DNA of 63,688 bases, the filler included, from Reticulomyxa filosa (lineage: Eukaryota; Protista; Foraminifera): assembly GCA_000512085.1 (NCBI GenBank). It is 15 parts of 15 records of this genome, joined end to end, with 100 filler letters (N's around TTAATTAATTAA, not from the genome) between each part and the next. Parts side by side here need not be neighbours in the genome. Positions count along the whole stretch, not along the records: positions 25,810 to 27,201 come from ASPP01007125.1; positions 27,302 to 29,310 come from ASPP01020204.1; positions 29,411 to 30,618 come from ASPP01002988.1; positions 30,719 to 34,086 come from ASPP01018331.1; positions 34,187 to 38,049 come from ASPP01021920.1; positions 38,150 to 41,392 come from ASPP01022314.1; 9 more parts are not named here. The stretch is one strand, 5' to 3'. The first letter of the stretch is position 1; each line of letters starts with the position of its first letter. Under the pieces are notes generated by a model. That model saw nothing but the letters and a program-made list of their open reading frames with translations, was not told where the DNA came from and made no database searches. The translations under genes were made by a program, and so were the position numbers. Positions 26,872 to 38,579 of this stretch are shown in pieces.

Positions 26872-27201
26872 CTGTGCGAACCGGAAGTGCTGATCGCCGA
26901 CGAACCCACCACCGCGCTGGACGTAACCGTGCAGGCGCAGATCCTCACCCTGCTGAAAGACCTGCAGCGTGACTTCGGCACCGCCATCATCATGATCACC
27001 CACGACCTGGGCTGGTGGCCGGCCTGTGCGACAACGTGATGGTGATGTACGGTGGCCGCGTGATGGAATACGGCACCGCCAACGACATCTTCTACCAGCC
27101 AAGCCACCCGTACACCGTGGGCCTGCTGGGCGCGCTGCCGCGTCTGGACCACGATGGCGCCGAACTGATGAGCATCCCGGGCAACCCGCCCAATATGGCC
27201 A
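26373..27201 (+). CDS. oppD: Bacterial oligopeptide ABC transporter ATPase, 3'-truncated, with apparent single-base losses near 26550-26556 and 27013
   Basis: GGAGG ribosome-binding site upstream; GESGSGKS Walker [46 protein letters not shown]. Confidence 0.93.
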
Positions 27202-27368
27202 NNNNNNNNNNNNNNNNNNNNNNNNNNNNNNNNNNNNNNNNNNNNTTAATTAATTAANNNNNNNNNNNNNNNNNNNNNNNNNNNNNNNNNNNNNNNNNNN
27301 NAAAAAATACTGCATAAAATATTGAACTTTGGAGCCAAAAAAAATGAAAATATCCTTTATTTCTGAAA

Positions 27369-28498
27369 TCAAGACAATTCAATCCGAACAAAAGTATCTT
27401 GATATTTGCGAATGAAATCAGCAGGCCAGTATTTATCTAAAAAAAACTGTGTGAGTGTGGACTTGTCTTTCATTTCCAAAGAGGTATTGATAGGAGTATA
27501 AGCAATCCTAGTGCGTGTAGTGGTATCGAGCTGTTGCGAAATGGGGTGCATGAACTCTTTAACAAAAAGTTCTTTTTTGACGACAGTGCCAAAACGAAAA
27601 GCCAAAGGGGTGTCTGTCTCCCAGTCAATTTTTTTCATCTCAAGTAACATATGTTTCATTTCAGAACAAGACTTGTTATGAAGTTGTTTTGGTGAAAAGT
27701 GAGCATGTGCCAACATTGAAATGCTATTGCGTTTGCAATCATAATGAGACCTCCAAACAATGTTTTCACATAACTCTTCCTTATTAGGCACATTGAACGC
27801 CCTTCCGTCAAAGTGTGCCTCACAATTTTCTATCTTTGCACGGAGGTCTTTATTGTTTTCATCCCACTTCTTGTCACTCATCTGTTGTTTGATGTGGTGG
27901 ACAAATCGGCTCGATACGTATCCCGCCAACACTGATGACGTCTTCACCACACGTCCGCCGAACAAGTGCGAACTTTCTTCCACATTCGGGTCGCATGCAT
28001 CCCAAACTAATGTTATTTCATCTGATTGTGTATATCCACTGCGAGCATTAAATCTTGTCAGACAATCGGCTGTTGCTAATACCTGTGTGATTTTTTTTTT
28101 AATTTTTTTTTTGCAAGAAAAATCTTTGGAATTTTCCTAAGAATTTTTTTTTTTTTTTTTACCATTGCGTTGTGCAGTCGATAATCAAATGGCCGATCAA
28201 AACCTTTTGTAAATGTATGGAAACAATGCCCATCTAGACGCACTATCAACGGCTTTTGATTGTCTAGTATTCGAGACACATACGCTTGCTCTTCGTAGTG
28301 TTTCATACGTGCACCGATTATGTCAATGGGTCTTTTTGACAAAGGTTTCGCCTCAGGTACGTAGGGCACGTTTTTTAACAACGCTGTCATTTCATTTTGT
28401 AAGGTTTGCACTTGAGTCTCTAATAAAGCAATCTGCTCTTCACTCTTTTTCGCCCGAGATTCAAATTCATTGAAATCTTTTGTTGATAAAGTGGACAT
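27369..28498 (-). CDS. Thg1-like protein (TLP; tRNA 3'-5' polymerase family), 2 exons, intron 28083-28162
   Basis: RMKHYE, RLDGHCFHTFTKGFDRPFD, GYTQSDEITL, FGGRVVK, FDGRAF, WRSHYDCKRNSI, FSPKQLH. Confidence 0.92.
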
Positions 28499-28715
28499 TG
28501 CCTGGTTTAAGTATTTTCCCTAAAAAAAACTTTTGTCGCAAGATACTAACTCTCAGTAATGCACACCAGATTTTTTTTTACAACAGTAATTGAATTGCCT
28601 TTCTCTGTCCAAAAGAGAATATTAAAAACAAATTTTTTTAAAATTGATTTTCTTTGACAAGAGGAGCGACGGAAATTGATGTTGGGTCCCTTCGCATCGT
28701 TCAAATCCAAGCAGC

Positions 28716-29310
28716 ATGGCATGTTTTTTTCCCTTTTCTCTTGAAAATGAAAAACACGTCAAATCAAAAGAAATATGATACAATTTGGATAGAAATTTAA
28801 GTTTTGTGGTGGCTTCGATGCTCCAGATTGGCTTTTATCAGAAATTGCCACACTTTCAAACATTGTGAGTTGGCAAGCAACTATTGCAACTCCGATTTAT
28901 CTTTATGTGAGCAATGTAAGTGGCCAATTGAACCATGTTTCGTGTATGTGTGTTCCACAACAATAGTCATCAGTGAGAGTGAAGCTCTTATGTAACATAA
29001 TTATCTCAAAGATATTGGGTGGAGATGTCGACGTTACGTGGATTAAGCTCACAATATACTTTTTTTTTTACTTTTATTTTGTTTACAAAAAAAAAAAAAA
29101 AAAGTAATAATAATAACAACAACAAACGAAAAATAAAAAAAAAATCAAAAAATTAAAAAATGCAAAAAGTATGGAAAAGTGAGTCGCTTGATCGATGGAA
29201 CGGAATTTTCGGCGAGCGATATCAAAGCAATGTTGTCCGCATTACACTTTGTATTGGGCAATGCTGCAAGGCACGGAGTGGATGCTGACACCTTAAGCAA
29301 CGAATTGCAA
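28716..29310 (+). CDS. COMMD4: COMM domain-containing protein 4, 3'-truncated
   Basis: Spliced [66 protein letters not shown]. Confidence 0.9.
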
Positions 29311-30069
29311 NNNNNNNNNNNNNNNNNNNNNNNNNNNNNNNNNNNNNNNNNNNNTTAATTAATTAANNNNNNNNNNNNNNNNNNNNNNNNNNNNNNNNNN
29401 NNNNNNNNNNTGTGAGAGTGTGGCCATGTTCGTAATTCTTTCAGTTCATTCTCTACTAACAACTCCTTGTCGTGAGTGTCCATATTGTGTTCGTTTGCTG
29501 GCAATCCTATACACACCCAGTCTTCTGTTGAATAGTTTTGTACTTGATTGTACCCAACGCAATGGATATGTGGTCATGTCTCTGGTCACTGCCAGTATCA
29601 TCCACACAATCAAAGCGCTATACCATAACATCCACCACAATGATACGATCTTTTTCAGCATTTTTTTTTGAACTGGTCTGACTTTAAAAGATCATCAATT
29701 ACAACATCAAAAAACCATTTTTTTGTTTTTACGGTCCGTTCCGCTGTCACTGGCACCATTATCAAGGCAAAAGAAATAACTTTCCAATTTTTGTTCAAAA
29801 ATTACTAAACTTTTTATTTTAAAAAATATCTTAAGTTGCAATTATAGTTTATGTTTAACATTCACTTTTGTTGCTTTGACGAACTTTTTTCTCTCCCTTC
29901 ATGTTTGTTGCATGAGAAGCTTTTCTCTTATCAATAAAGAAGTTGAGCTATTTGCATAACGTACTAACACTTTACTCGCTTGCATGCTTACCTTGTTGTT
30001 TATCCAGCTAACGTGGTCTGACAACCTGTCAGTACCAGTGCTCTGTCTCTCGTGTTATGGGCTCTTGGT

Positions 30070-30374
30070 GCCCAATGTGGTGCTTTTTCTTAAGACACTT
30101 TTGATACACGAATATCAAATCTTCGAAAATGAGGGTTTCGATGGAGATATTCATCCCAACAACATCATGCCCATGTCCAATGAACGTCTTTGGCCTATTG
30201 ACTACGACCAGTTGGACCACCTTTCCAAGGAACAACTTGCTCATTTGGGTAAACTGGTTATTGCAATGGCCGATTGCAATGGCCGATTGCAACTCAGAAT
30301 GTATTGTTAAAAAGGTGGACGAAATGGAATTTCGATCCCCAAACGCATGGACCATTACTTCAGCAAAGTCATGA
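30070..30374 (+). pseudogene. ABC1/ADCK atypical kinase pseudogene fragment
   Basis: YQIFENEGFDGDIHPNNIM..LWPIDYDQL..LGKLVIAMA resembles QIF..GFF.GDPHPGN..LIDFGQ; a 13 bp tandem duplication (gcaatggccgatt) breaks the frame. Confidence 0.55.
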
Positions 30375-30718
30375 TCACTATTGAAGTTGGTCGCTTGGAT
30401 AATAATATTCGAAAAGATGTCAAGAATCAAAATTTGGGAAATTTTTTCTTGATTTAAAGGGCATTCTTTCTCTTGCAAAGCTTGTCTTAGTCTGATTAGA
30501 TTTTTTAAAAAACAACATCAAATGACAGTTGTACTGGGATGCGTGAGACAATGGCAAATGTATTTACAAGAGATTGGAGTTGTACAGGTATCTTTTTTTG
30601 GAGAGATTTTTCATCTCGNNNNNNNNNNNNNNNNNNNNNNNNNNNNNNNNNNNNNNNNNNNNTTAATTAATTAANNNNNNNNNNNNNNNNNNNNNNNNNN
30701 NNNNNNNNNNNNNNNNNN

Positions 30719-31807
30719 AAATTCTAACATCAATCAATAATAAAATAACTGTTATCTATACAGATGGAAGTGCATTTCCAAATCCTGGTATTGGCGGAGT
30801 GGGAGTAATTATACAAGACCAATCAAACCACGAATATGTTGAAATCGAACATCCAGTAAATGGAATTACTACCATTATTACATGCGAAATAGATGGGATA
30901 AAGAAGGCACTAGAATACATACTACATAGGCAGAAAAGATATAGTCATAATATTAAGTGCCTCCAAGTTTGCTTTAACAGCAATCAAAAATATAAACTAA
31001 CCAACACCAAGTGTACGAATGTCAAGAGATCTTACATGGGCTAGGAGAAAATGACTCACCAGAAATATACTGGATTAAAGGGCATGTAGGTATACTTGGA
31101 AATGAGCAAGCAGATATAGTTGCAAAGAGTGCCAGGAAAAAAGCTGATAAGAATCAATGTAATTTGGCAAAACAATTAAAAAAGGAAAATCAACTCATTA
31201 ACATACAAGGACTGACACACCATTTTGCATATTAATGGAATCTCTACTAGATAAATGAATGATCAGAAGGTATACGACATCAGCACACAAAACTTTTCTT
31301 ATCAAGTTTGGCAGAAGCACAAACATTTGAAGTATGATATTACATCGTCTTCAAATGCATGAGTGCAGGATCATTTGCAGATTAATCAATGGGAAAGTAG
31401 TATTAAATGAATATCTACACTCAATAAAAAAGGATGAAACACCGTTCTGCAATTGGTGCAAACACGAGACATAGTCAGTAGGACATTTCTTGATAAAATG
31501 ACCGCAGTACGAAAACAGCAGTCAATATTGGAAAAAGAATGCAAAAGACATAAAGACAGAAATCTCATTTGACGTAAGCAAACTGAAGATACTGACCGTA
31601 GGATCAGTAACTTGGGCTCCCGAAATCAGGATCAAGCTAGTTCAAGAACTTGTGAAATTTGTTGTGGCAACAAATAACCACAAAAGTGTTTGTCGCTTGA
31701 AAAATTCTACAAAACATAGAATGTAAGTATTAAAACATATTTCCACTAACTTCCTTATTTAAAGAGCTATGTCCCTTGGATCGATTATAGTAACTTGAAA
31801 AAAAAAA
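30719..31807 (+). mobile_element. 3' end of a non-LTR retrotransposon (RNase H domain, poly-A tail), degenerate
   Basis: IYTDGSAFPNPGIGG, CEIDGI, YWIKGHVGILGNEQAD..AK; frameshifted; A10 run at 31798-31807. Confidence 0.85.
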
Positions 31808-32159
31808 TATTCCGAACTGCAGAATCAACGTAACTAGTATTTGTTGTTTAAGCAGGCAGTACATAAGTCAATTATTGTACTAACTTGTACCATACAGCTT
31901 CGTTTTCGGTGCATCAAACTTTTTATTTTTATTTTTTAACATTTTTCATTCAAAAATTCATTAAAAAATTTTTCACCATTTGTTTATGACTTCATTTAAC
32001 TACAACAACAAAAATGTTTTATTTATATATTGATAAATGATATGTTGATAGAAAGCTTAATTTAAAGAAAATAAATAAATTATTTCAGATTTCACCACTC
32101 TATCAATTTTATTTTTCAAATGTATAAAAAAAGAATAATAATAATAACACAAAAGCATC

Positions 32160-33060
32160 AGTATTGTCAAATTACAAATCTTTGCGTCAAAGTGTTGAAG
32201 ACAGAAAGCCACTAAAACATTTGTTTATACGTGACCAAGAACAATCTTAATCTTCTACGAAATGAGTCGATTGTGGTGTCTTCAAAAGGATCAATACCGA
32301 GCAGTTCATCATCTTAAGTCGACAATAAGTCTTAGTGTGGCCATCAAATGTTCAAAGCTTCAATGATAGCAGAAATTCTATTCATAATAACATGAGACAA
32401 CAGCACAATAATTTTCGCGAATTGCTTGAATATTCGACATCCGTCCTAGTACGTGAAATGACTTTTGTTAAAACACAGTCTTGTAGCAAGCATAGTTCAG
32501 ATTATTGCGTTTTTTGCGCAGCTATTCTATTCTTCGTTGAAACTGTTTGTCCAGACTTATTTTTATATTAATCAAAGATCTTTTAATACAAGGTGACCTC
32601 GGCATCAATCTCGTCGAACATGTGTTGCTTGAGGAATACTACCACTAAAGACTCGTTTTCCAAAATTAGTCAGTCCAATGATTTCTACTATATCATACTT
32701 TAACTCGTTATCGTAGTTCACTTACTGAATCATTATTTTCCAATTCAACAAGTTATAAAACATTGCATTATTCTTGCTATCACAGTCGCCATATATCGAG
32801 TTCGAATAGTGCTAGCATAATCACAACTTCAGCTCCGTCGTCGTGCAATCCAAGTAGATCTTGATGCAAAATGTTGAGCAATTCTTTGATCGGAATATAC
32901 TTGCCCCCTTTGAATACATTACACTCGCTGTCGTCCACAAATACATATAAGCCAACACACAACGGTACAATCAAAGCATTCAATACTGCAAACAGCTCCT
33001 CTTTATGTGGTATATGAAGAATGTCTTACTTCATAGTGGAATATTGTAATGTGAAACGGG
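32160..33060 (-). pseudogene. Decayed coding-like sequence, family unknown
   Basis: Protein-like fragment at 32780-32983 flanked by stop-interrupted frames. Confidence 0.25.
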
Positions 33061-33721
33061 CGATTTGATCTTTCGAAAAAAAAAACAAACAAACAAATTC
33101 TCAGAATCAGTTCATATGTGTTCAAATTAGCCATTAAAGCACTTTTTCTTCGATGCCTTGAAATATACATGTTTGATTTAGCTTGTTGAAAAATTCTTAC
33201 TCTAAAAAAAAAATCGAAAAAGCATTCCCCAAAGATAACAGCTACATTCGTGAATCTTTTGTTATATCTGCTTTTCTGGTTGTGTACAGTTTAATTAAGC
33301 CACTAAACCGTGCAGACAAAATGTTTGGAAGCATAACGCAGCCCTTTAAAACTACAAAAGTTACAGTTACATCGATATACAAACATATCGTTGTCACTTT
33401 CAGGTTGTAAAGACTTGTTAGTGTCTTTAAGGGTCTCTTTTTTTAGATATACAAACTTATAACGAGAAAATTTAAAGCAAAAAAGAATCTAATTACAAAA
33501 AATCAGAAAAATTTTAAACAATATTAACGTAAGATAGTTACTTCAGTTTATTACTATCACTATTTTCTAATGATCATAAAGCTATTGCTTCTTTTAAAAG
33601 ATCAATTCAAAAATACTTTCAAATTTTGGTTTGTTTTCTTTACGTTTTTCTTGCGCGTTTACTGGTACGCTCAAAACTTTAAAAAAGGTATAAAAAGTTC
33701 AAATAACTCAATCAAGAAAAG

Positions 33722-33986
33722 ATGAGAAAAAAGGTCTGGCTCTCAACATTACTTTTGTTAGCACATTGTGTGTATGGAAGTGGAGATGTGCAAGTGGATC
33801 TTGGTGGGAATCACTGGCTTGTTAGTAACTGTTGTATGTCAGCTGTACCAGCCACTGTTCCAGGCGACGTTGAGTAATCTCAATCTTTACATGTTTCAAA
33901 GTTGTACTACTCTTGCCATTTTTGATTGTTTGCACAGATATATACCGATTTGATGGCTGCTGGGATCTTGGATGATCCTTATTACG
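33722..33986 (+). CDS. MANBA: Beta-mannosidase (GH2) N-terminus, 3'-truncated
   Basis: Signal peptide MRKKVWLSTLLLLAHCVYG, then DLGGNHWLVSN..VPATVPGD / IYTDLMAAGILDDPYY across a GT-AG intron starting at 33869. Missed by the ORF track. Confidence 0.8.
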
Positions 33987-34050
33987 GTTAAGCTGAAGAA
34001 AAGAAGAAAGGAGAGTTGAAGGGAGGACTGAAAAGACAAGAAAAGGAGAG

Positions 34051-34086
<36 letters not shown>

Positions 34087-34210
34087 NNNNNNNNNNNNNN
34101 NNNNNNNNNNNNNNNNNNNNNNNNNNNNNNTTAATTAATTAANNNNNNNNNNNNNNNNNNNNNNNNNNNNNNNNNNNNNNNNNNNNAAATAAAAAAAAAA
34201 AAAAAAAAAC

Positions 34211-34908
34211 CTGCAATGGTGCCCAAGCCGACCAAGCTAAGTCCAATCAAAGCATTGGTGGCCATCCAAGCGAGGTGTTTAGCAGCAGGGTTTCTGTAGT
34301 AGTCAATGTTCATAGTCATGCCAATGCCTAAGAAAGTGCCCGCCATCGTGCCAATACTAAACACCCAAGGATTCATTGCCAGTACCCGATATCCCCATCC
34401 TATTTGGAAAAAAAAACACCAAAAAAAACATATATATGCACCACAAACATTTTTTTTTTTTTTTTTTTTTTCCTTTTCTCCCAGCAACACGCTAATTCGC
34501 AAAGAAAATTTTTAAAAATTAAAAATAAAAAAAAAGACCTCGAGTGAAGAGTAGGAAAGAGGTAACGCCGGTCAAAACTAGACCCCCTGACAAATAGCCG
34601 TATGTCTTCATAATCCTGTCGCGAACAATGGATGCAAACTTTGGACCGCCCACAATGGCCATGGTTTCTCGTGTTTGGTATGGCGTGAAGGATGGAGACC
34701 GCGAAAGACCATATGAAACTAACGCTCCCAGACTCAATGCACCTGCAAGGCCGATGTAACGCCATGTCTGGTTCGATTCTGCTGTCACTGTTTGCCACAC
34801 GGATGATCGGGACGTTGTGTTTACTCGTCGCAAGTGAACCAAGTTTTGTTTTGCCATTCCTCCCATTTGAGCGCCTAAACGCATGCTGAAACGACTCATT
34901 TGATTCAT
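34211..34908 (-). CDS. GHITM: GHITM/MICS1 (Bax inhibitor-1 family) mitochondrial membrane protein, 3'-truncated
   Basis: Arg/Ser-rich presequence, ALVSYGL, VRDRIMKTYGYL, NIDY..NPAAKHLAW. Confidence 0.85.
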
Positions 34909-35073
34909 TTTTCTCACACACTTTTACTGCTGAACAAAATTATTTCTTTGTAATATCAATCAACAATATGCAAAAAAAAAAAACTCGAATTAATTCTTAC
35001 CCTTCGCTCTGGGGCTCACTAGTTAAAGTTGAAACAGCAATGGTTTGAATTTTTACAGAACATAAAATTAAGA

Positions 35074-37529
35074 ATGAAAATGTTTTCCTCAAAAAAAAGT
35101 ATCAGAAGCGAGGAACTTGTCCATATGAACACACTTGAAACAAATCTCTTTTTTTCCTGAAGTGCAATAGCGCCGATAATCAATACAAAAAAAAGAAGAA
35201 AACAAATGTTAAAAAGAACAACGTGCGTGTAAAAGGTATTGCGCTTGAATTTCTGAAGCGTTATGATTTGTGGGGACACGTTAAGAAAAGAGGTCGTAAA
35301 AAAAAAAAAAAAAAAGGGTAAGAGGGAGGAAATGTTTACGCTAAACTTAAATTTCTTCTGCATCATTCATGGCATTACTCAAAGCAATAAAGAGCAAAGA
35401 TTTCTCAACAGCCTTTGATCTTTTGACTCGGCTCAGTAAACGAGATAGTTTGCTTCAGAACATGTTTCGCAAGAAATTTCTAAGAATTTTTTTTTTTTTT
35501 TGAGTCCCATTCAACAGCCAAGCACAACAAACAAACAAACAAACAAAAAAAAAAGGCTAGGAAATATGTTAGCGATATTTCAGCCACCAGAATACACAGC
35601 AGAGTTTAGCAAGTTGTATGAGTGGCTAAAAAAAGAGTTGCCATCAGAAATCGAGATAGTATTGCACAAATCGATAATCCGTGGGTTGATGAACCAGACA
35701 GATGGGCCGGACATGGACAGTGCGTTGCGCCTGATAGAGAAAATTCGAGATGCAAAAAAGGGTAAGATATTGCGAAACCGAATGTTTCTGGACATGTTAT
35801 TGGCATGCGAGAAACACGGTTTATTGGACAAAGTGTTTCAAATTCGTCGGCTTATCGACGAGTTTTCGATCCCGATGGCACAAGACACGTACGCATGTTT
35901 CTTTCGAACTTTGGCCAATTTGCAACAGTCAGCAAAAGATAAAGAAAAAGAAAAAGATAAAAATAATGAAGATAAAGATGATAAAGATAAAGATAAGGAA
36001 ATAAATGCAAAGGAAGACGACAAGACACATAACAACCATTATTTGCAACTGTTCTCTGAACACTTTGCAAAATGATAAAGGAAACCGGACAATCGCAAAT
36101 CCGTGTTGTCCAAAGTGAATTGCACCATGCCTTGCTCGATTGCTTTCGGGTTTTTGACTTTGAAATCTTTGATGATTTGATCTCTGATATCAAAGGTTTA
36201 TTTTATATATACATATATATATATATATATGTATATATAAAATAAAGGAAAAAACATAAAAAAAAAAAGGGACATTTGAAAGACACGGAATTAACAGTGC
36301 CAAACTTTACGTTGTCCAAGGAGAAAACGGACCAGCTTTGCGACTGGCTAGTGCAAAACCAGACCACTGGGATTATAGACGCGAAGGAAAGCGACACGGA
36401 AAGTGAGCTGGTGAAGCAGGTGAAGGAAGGGATGACTCCGTTTTTTGACGCGGTCAGAGCGGATGGGGGTGCACAAGTATTCTTGGACGGAGCCAATATC
36501 GGACATGCTTTGCGACAAGGCGGATTCAGCATCTTCCAAATCGATGACTTTGTCCGTTATTTCCGAGACACTCTACACAAAAAAGTCCGAATTGTTATGC
36601 ATCACAACAGAATACAACGAGGTTTATTTTCTGCATATATTTATATATATACATATACAATATATATATATTGTAAATTAATTGTTGTTTTTTTTTTTCT
36701 TAAAAAAAAAAAAGCACTAACATCACAAGATACGCGGATACGTGAAACGGTGGAATGCTGGAATAAGGACGGGCTGTTATATGAATCCCCGATGAATGTG
36801 AACGACGACTGCATGTGGATTTGGGCAGCACTGTACTCGAGCTTGATATACGGAATGAACGATGTGATGATCGTGACTAACGACAGGCTGCGAGATCACG
36901 GCTTCAATCTGCTACACGATATCATGTTTCACGAGTTTTTGGAAACGCATGTATCCTCGTTTTACATTAATCGAAAAGTTGTCATCGATCACACTAAAGT
37001 TTATTTTACCCACCACACAAACTACTAATCTATAACTAATAATAATAATAACAATAATAATAATAAGGAGGTGAGCGAAACGTCGGAAAATCAAAAACGC
37101 ACATTGGAAGATATTCAAGAAAATGATGAAGATGTGGCTATGCCTCCGTCAAAGAAATACAAAGCAATGGATGCCAATGCCGAGATTAATGCAAATTATC
37201 AGCTTCAACGTCAGTATGGGTACTTGCCATACTCGCACGAATTTTTCATTTCTCCATGTACCTCGTTTGTCATTCGGCTGCACGTACAAACCATTAGCGC
37301 TGCTTCGGATCAACCTGATCAAACACTTTGGTTTGTCCCTTTCTTCCCAAAAGACTCGGACGTCACCGATAATACTCTTCTTTTCAGACCTTCGCAGAGC
37401 CATTTTTCTGATTCTTTACCTGCACAACCTCTCTCCAAGGTACGGTGGATGGTCGCGAAATCAAAAGGCTTGTCTTCTTTTTGGAACAAGTCTCAATTAC
37501 ACGACCAAAAGGAACAAACTACCGAATGA
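35074..37529 (+). CDS. PRORP: Protein-only RNase P (PPR plus NYN nuclease), multi-exon, one -1 frame break at 36069-36075
   Basis: PPR-like helices (LLACEKHGLLDKVFQI, QDTYACFFRT); NYN motifs VFLDGANIG, NDDCMWIWAAL, IVTNDRLRDH; NLS-like KKKKK and PPSKKYK. The 5' exons are tentative. Confidence 0.85.
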
Positions 37530-38579
37530 AAATAAACAAAGCCGTTTCAAAGTTCTGTCGTAAAAAAAAAAAAAAAGTAGCTCTTTTCTTTTCCTAGACA
37601 ATTTAAACTGTTATCATTATTTCGCACTTATCAAAATTTTATGAAATTATTTCTAATTTTTTTTCAGATGGTCATGTTTTAAAAATAACATTTTCAGTTC
37701 ATTGAAGTCCTCTCTTCTTGCTTATTTAACTCTATTAGTATCTGTTTAACATGAGCCAATATTTCCAGCAAAGAGCTTCAACAGAAGATACGCATTATAC
37801 GTTCTATCTTGTAGGAGAAGCTCCTACTATATAGATAGAATCGTTAAAGGGACTGATGAGCTCTTAATTATTACGCAAAGAGTATTTGAAAAAGTTTTTT
37901 TTTGTAAGTTGTATGAAACAACAGTCTCAAGCTGGAAGAACACCCCCTTTAGTTTTTTAAAAGAAGGGAGTTTGTGAGTTCCTTTTTTTTGTTTGTTCGT
38001 TCGGTTTTTTTTTCAAGTGTCATTTAGTTTTTTAACAAATAAAATGAGANNNNNNNNNNNNNNNNNNNNNNNNNNNNNNNNNNNNNNNNNNNNTTAATTA
38101 ATTAANNNNNNNNNNNNNNNNNNNNNNNNNNNNNNNNNNNNNNNNNNNNTTGTTTTTTCATTGACAGCCGCAGCCCGTCTGTTCAAAAAAAAAATAAATG
38201 TATACGTCCAACTCCCAACTATCAACAAAGAAAAATTTCGGGGTTTGAAGCCACCCCGTGTTGCAAAAAAAGCGAAAGAGTTTGTATCTTTTTTTTATTT
38301 TATTTTTTATTTTTTTGTCAAATGTTTGTGTTTGTCAATAGGCATGCACCCATCAACAAAATTTTATTTGCCCCCTCCACACACAAACGAAAAAATATAT
38401 ATATATTTGAATTAGAGCTTTTAGCTCCACGTCAAAGTATGTTTGCTTATTTTTTTTAAGATGAAACAATATTTCAAATTGTGAATTTGTTTATATGTTA
38501 AAGAATCAAAAACAAAAATATAAAAAATAAAAACCAAAAACTTTGCAATATTTTTTTTTTGTTTGAATAAGGGTGATTG

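Noticed and set aside
25758-27152. Long minus-strand ORFs in the GC-rich contig
   Set aside because: They are shadow ORFs of oppC/oppD caused by GC-rich codon bias.
29411-29770. Possible small-GTPase pseudogene on the minus strand
   Set aside because: Only a vague motif resemblance with several stops; not supportable.
19298-37529. Apparent tRNA/RNA-processing cluster (Nudix, Thg1-like, RNase H, PRORP)
   Set aside because: Each gene lies on a different contig separated by artificial spacers; the adjacency is an artefact of concatenation.
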